This document shows, piece by piece, positions 26,503-29,714 of a DNA stretch of 29,714 bases. This DNA is from a virus (Duplodnaviria; Caudoviricetes). A program made the translations under genes and the position numbers. A model generated the notes under the pieces. It did no database searches, had not been told where the DNA came from, and worked only from the letters and a program-made list of their open reading frames with translations. The stretch is taken from IMG/VR virus record IMGVR_UViG_3300046779_001063, positions 1-29,714 of that record; one strand, 5' to 3'. Each line of letters begins with the position of its first letter. The first letter of the stretch is position 1.

Positions 26503-27816
26503 TTATTTTACCTTCTTATTATCAAAATATGTGGAATCTGTTGCAACTTCTATAACAGTTTCGTGCTTATCATATCTGATTATGTGTCTTGCACCAACAA
26601 TCATATACTTACCTTTTAGTGTCAAATCTCCATCTTGATTCGACATTTCGTGATTATATCTAACAGGCATTTGAACTTGAACTGGCGCTCCAGATGTTAG
26701 GGAAAAGTTTCCTGGCATAGTAATGCGAATTCTTTTCTGCATCAAATTTGAAAAAATTGCTTTTCTCTGTAGGATGTAATTGTGACTGTTATCGGTAATA
26801 TTTGCAGTCTTTGAATCATTAGATTTCAAATATGCATTATTTGCTCTTTCTAATTGGAAAGGATATAGTGTAATCCTTGAATCATACATCTCACTAGCAA
26901 ACTTCTTTTCTTTGTTAGGAACTTTTGTGTTTATTGGATTCGGATTAGCATGTTTTGTTAATTTGTAAGTATCATCAAAAGATAAATTTGAAGTCTTGAT
27001 TGTTCTAGTTAAAGGATCAAAACCAATAAACTTACCAGCATACACACCAGACTGAATGTTTTGTGCGGCATCAAACTGTGAAATAATTTTGTAATCTCTG
27101 GCACCATACAATTCTGATTCCATATAATCTTCAGAAAGATTTTTTGTGCCAAAGTTAATCGTTGCAATCTCTCCAAACTCTGTCAAAATATACGACAATG
27201 GCATGAAGTTGTAGCCCAAGTGCGTTTGCCAAAACATAAAGTCTGGAACACCTTGTTCACTATTTGCTCGTTTAGCAATAAACTCAATCGCTTCAAATGG
27301 TGACAAGTTAGGAATCAAAATTTCATGTATTCCTTTTGTCTCATACAGATTGGCAAATTGATATAACTGATATTCCAATCCAAGATAGTCTTTCATAATT
27401 TTACGAACGATATCTGTATATGTTCCTTTGAACACTTGTCGAATTTTCTTTTGTGTTGAAAGAATGAATTCCTCAGAAACAAAATGTAGTGTATACATTT
27501 CTGCGTTTTGGTTCAACTGTTTTCTATCCGTCTGCTTGTAGATAACAAATTTTTTCTCAAAGTTTGTTCTCGGAATATCTTTATCCACATCTTTACTAAT
27601 CTTCATGTGAATGTATTCGCTACCATCAAAATTTATTTTGGTAGCAAAACCGACCGCATCTTTGATAACGATGTTACCTGACATACAAGGCATCATTACA
27701 TTATCAAAAATGTTAATCTCTTCAAAGATTTGACGAATATCATATTCACGAGTACCATCAAAAGATTTGACGGACAACTGTTGAATCTCAAATTGTGTGG
27801 TTTGTAATATTGACAT
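26503..27816 (-). CDS. Baseplate hub-like tail protein (gp27-like by position and motifs)
   Basis: EINIFD......SG.I.I.DA......DGSE, Y.LHFVS.E, IPNLSPFEAI, PGN..L..G, L.GKY.I....H.I pattern typical of hub proteins; lies between gp53 and gp5. Confidence 0.65.
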   Translation of the reverse strand: MSILQTTQFEIQQLSVKSFDGTREYDIRQIFEEINIFDNVMMPCMSGNIVIKDAVGFATKINFDGSEYIHMKISKDVDKDIPRTNFEKKFVIYKQTDRKQLNQNAEMYTLHFVSEEFILSTQKKIRQVFKGTYTDIVRKIMKDYLGLEYQLYQFANLYETKGIHEILIPNLSPFEAIEFIAKRANSEQGVPDFMFWQTHLGYNFMPLSYILTEFGEIATINFGTKNLSEDYMESELYGARDYKIISQFDAAQNIQSGVYAGKFIGFDPLTRTIKTSNLSFDDTYKLTKHANPNPINTKVPNKEKKFASEMYDSRITLYPFQLERANNAYLKSNDSKTANITDNSHNYILQRKAIFSNLMQKRIRITMPGNFSLTSGAPVQVQMPVRYNHEMSNQDGDLTLKGKYMIVGARHIIRYDKHETVIEVATDSTYFDNKKVK

Positions 27817-28460
27817 TATTCAAATACTTTTTTGAATTCTTCTTCGACAGCAGAAACAAAATCGGGTTTCAAAATTTTTATAATTCGTTTCTGTTCGTTG
27901 GAATCAATTTCATAATCATAATATGTTTTAGATTCTTTTGTTGTAGAAATACTTATTGTTGCGCCACTCTGTAGAGTATATGTGGCAGTTTGATTACTAA
28001 TACCAGCGTATGTGTTTGCATCAATTTGAGTTTTTGTTACCACAGGAATATTAGAAAACTGATTAGTCTGTGTTTCTATCTTATAGTATGAATGAATATT
28101 ATCTTGTGACCATTCTAATCCAGTTTGACCATTTGCGGTATTTGCGTATGGTGAACCTGTATATTTGATATCAATCACATCATTCAAGTTTCTCTGTTCC
28201 ACTGGCCAATCAAAAGTTGGATTGTAGATATCATTGAATGCTAGAATAATCCAATGTCTCTCGGCTGAACCATAAATTTTGTGGGCTAACATCTCTGGTG
28301 TTTCACCATCAGTAACAGCATATTCATAAAAAAGTGCTGTGTTGTTTTTGAAATCATCGGCAAATGTAAACTTGGATGTTAAATTTGTGATTACCTGTGT
28401 CGCACCACCATCCACAGTATTGTAAATTGTTTTTGGGAAATAGTTGAAGTATTTTGCCAT
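27816..28460 (-). CDS. gp53: Baseplate wedge subunit gp53
   Basis: YF..FP...Y, Y.V.DGETPE.LA.KIYG....HWIIL..N.I..P..DWP (LysM-like) and YDYE...NE.KR.IKILKP motifs. Confidence 0.9.
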   Translation of the reverse strand: MAKYFNYFPKTIYNTVDGGATQVITNLTSKFTFADDFKNNTALFYEYAVTDGETPEMLAHKIYGSAERHWIILAFNDIYNPTFDWPVEQRNLNDVIDIKYTGSPYANTANGQTGLEWSQDNIHSYYKIETQTNQFSNIPVVTKTQIDANTYAGISNQTATYTLQSGATISISTTKESKTYYDYEIDSNEQKRIIKILKPDFVSAVEEEFKKVFE

Positions 28461-28464
28461 CTCA

Positions 28465-29714
28465 TTATCCTGGGAAGTTACCTAAACTCTTAGCATAATT
28501 TTCTTCCTGCTTAGTTCTAGGAGCAGTCATCTCGGATGCAAAATTATCTTTTGTCATAATTTCTGTTTCCTTGAATTGTAGGCTCAAACGAATAGCAACA
28601 GGCATACCAGTTGAACCAACAACTCCTGTGTTTACACCAGGAACTTCATAAGCGGCAAATCCGTTTGGCGCATAATCCACATCAATTGAAGTTAAAACGC
28701 AAGTTGAAATTTCTGGAATGTTTGGATTAATTTCGCCATTGTAGTAAAACTTGATATCAAACTCTGACGGTGGTACCAAAAAGAATGAACTGAATTCTCT
28801 GCGAATTTCTGGCGCTTGATGGAATTTCAATCTATTCAAAATTCTTTGAACTTCCAAAGCCTCTTTTTCGGAACGAGGATACAACATAAAGTCGAATCTA
28901 AAATCTCGGAAAGATGGTGTTGAATACAACAATTCAATCATCGGATTCTTAACAACACCAAAGCCAGCCGCAAAAGCAGTTTGTCCAAAACCACCCATGC
29001 TTTCTAATGCATAGTTCGCTAGAAACGGTGACATGTTTGATGCTAGTGCTTTACCGAATTCTGCTGGATTGTTTGTGGTACTTTTCATAGATTGTGCTAA
29101 TGATGCGCCAGCAGTTAGTGCCATAGCAGCCAAACCTTGTTGTGATGGTTCGCTGTAGCCCTGATTGTGTGTAAATGCTAGTGTGTCTGGCATATACAGA
29201 GCAATCGTATCGCTTGTTCTTCGGATTGTTCTCACACCATTAATCTGAGCATAATTTTTGAATGCACCACTTAAATCACTTGTGAGTTGTTTTGTTATTC
29301 CTGAGATAGTGTCTACACCACCGGCTGCGGCAGGAACAAGTTTTTTTGCGGTTTCTTCGGCTACAGTTCCTGCTGAACTTAATGCTGTTCCAACTACATT
29401 AAGAGCATTACTAACTTGTTCATTATTGGCAATCTGATTTGCCGCAGAATTTAATGTTGGAGTTCCAAATCTTTTTCTGTTTGCAATAATTGTAGGATCA
29501 TCACCGGTTAATTCTCCACCATAACTTGTGTGAATTTGTTCATTGATATGAATCACCATGTAGTGACCTTTATCGTAGTTTCCAATGTCTTGTGGATAAC
29601 GATAAATGTTATTTTCATATTTTGCACCAAGCGCACCCATCAACGGACCAGCAGAACCTGTTCTTACTTGTTGATTTTTGTTTAGTGATATTCCGGTGAG
29701 ATTAAAAAGAGCCA
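28465..29714 (-). CDS. gp48: Baseplate tail-tube cap/junction protein gp48-like (5' end at the window edge)
   Basis: YRYP.D, TIALYMPD, NP..ELLY..P.FR.F.FDF...PRS.KEA..V..I...K and I..CVL.SIDVDYAPNG...G.P....LSLQFKE.E motifs. The frame stays open upstream of the listed TTG (29643) to the edge, reading (M)ALFNLTGISLNK; the last two bases give TG, so the start is probably at 29715. Confidence 0.8.
   Translation of the reverse strand, partial: ALFNLTGISLNKNQQVRTGSAGPLMGALGAKYENNIYRYPQDIGNYDKGHYMVIHINEQIHTSYGGELTGDDPTIIANRKRFGTPTLNSAANQIANNEQVSNALNVVGTALSSAGTVAEETAKKLVPAAAGGVDTISGITKQLTSDLSGAFKNYAQINGVRTIRRTSDTIALYMPDTLAFTHNQGYSEPSQQGLAAMALTAGASLAQSMKSTTNNPAEFGKALASNMSPFLANYALESMGGFGQTAFAAGFGVVKNPMIELLYSTPSFRDFRFDFMLYPRSEKEALEVQRILNRLKFHQAPEIRREFSSFFLVPPSEFDIKFYYNGEINPNIPEISTCVLTSIDVDYAPNGFAAYEVPGVNTGVVGSTGMPVAIRLSLQFKETEIMTKDNFASEMTAPRTKQEENYAKSLGNFPG

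Noticed and set aside
552-26638. Numerous plus-strand ORFs of 60-130 aa and short alternative-frame minus-strand ORFs in the ORF track
   Set aside because: They lie within or overlap long minus-strand genes with recognisable motifs and have no recognisable domains. They are explained as antisense shadows of the codon bias of T/G/A/V-rich genes.
1-29714. Bacterial contractile injection system (T6SS/eCIS) or prophage interpretation
   Set aside because: The gene set and order (gp48, gp53, gp5, gp25, gp6, gp7, gp8) and the T4-type late motifs fit a T4-like phage; no host genes, integrase or secretion ATPase are present.
1-29714. Stop-codon reassignment
   Set aside because: Standard-code ORFs tile the window with tight TAATG/ATGA junctions and full-length conserved proteins, so there is no sign of recoding.

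Overview
This window (low GC, almost fully coding, all credible genes on the minus strand) is the baseplate and tail-fibre module of a large T4-like myophage with a cyanophage/pelagiphage-type gene order. In transcription order (right to left): gp48-like tail-tube/baseplate junction (start probably 1 nt beyond the window), gp53, a hub-like protein, gp5 split into two genes (OB-fold part and beta-helix spike part, no lysozyme domain), an unknown 274-aa protein, gp25, gp6, gp7-like, gp8, a 2065-aa DUF4815/VrlC-like virion protein, a small coiled-coil protein, and a run of fibre/adaptor genes ending in a collagen-like gene cut by the left edge. T4-type late-promoter-like ATAAATA motifs overlap several stop codons. 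No RNA genes, CRISPR arrays, mobile elements or reverse transcriptase were seen. Main points of interest: (i) an apparent plug-and-socket code in the fibre cluster, with C-terminal GGxF or D[FY]G tails in genes placed just upstream of genes that begin with T4 gp37/Mtd_N-like domains; (ii) a genetically split gp5 with a coiled coil replacing the lysozyme and an HxH metal-binding tip; (iii) an Ala-Asn motif signature across peripheral virion proteins; (iv) a GC-rich element over a TTG start and possible leaderless late genes. All family calls come from motif recognition by eye, not database searches.
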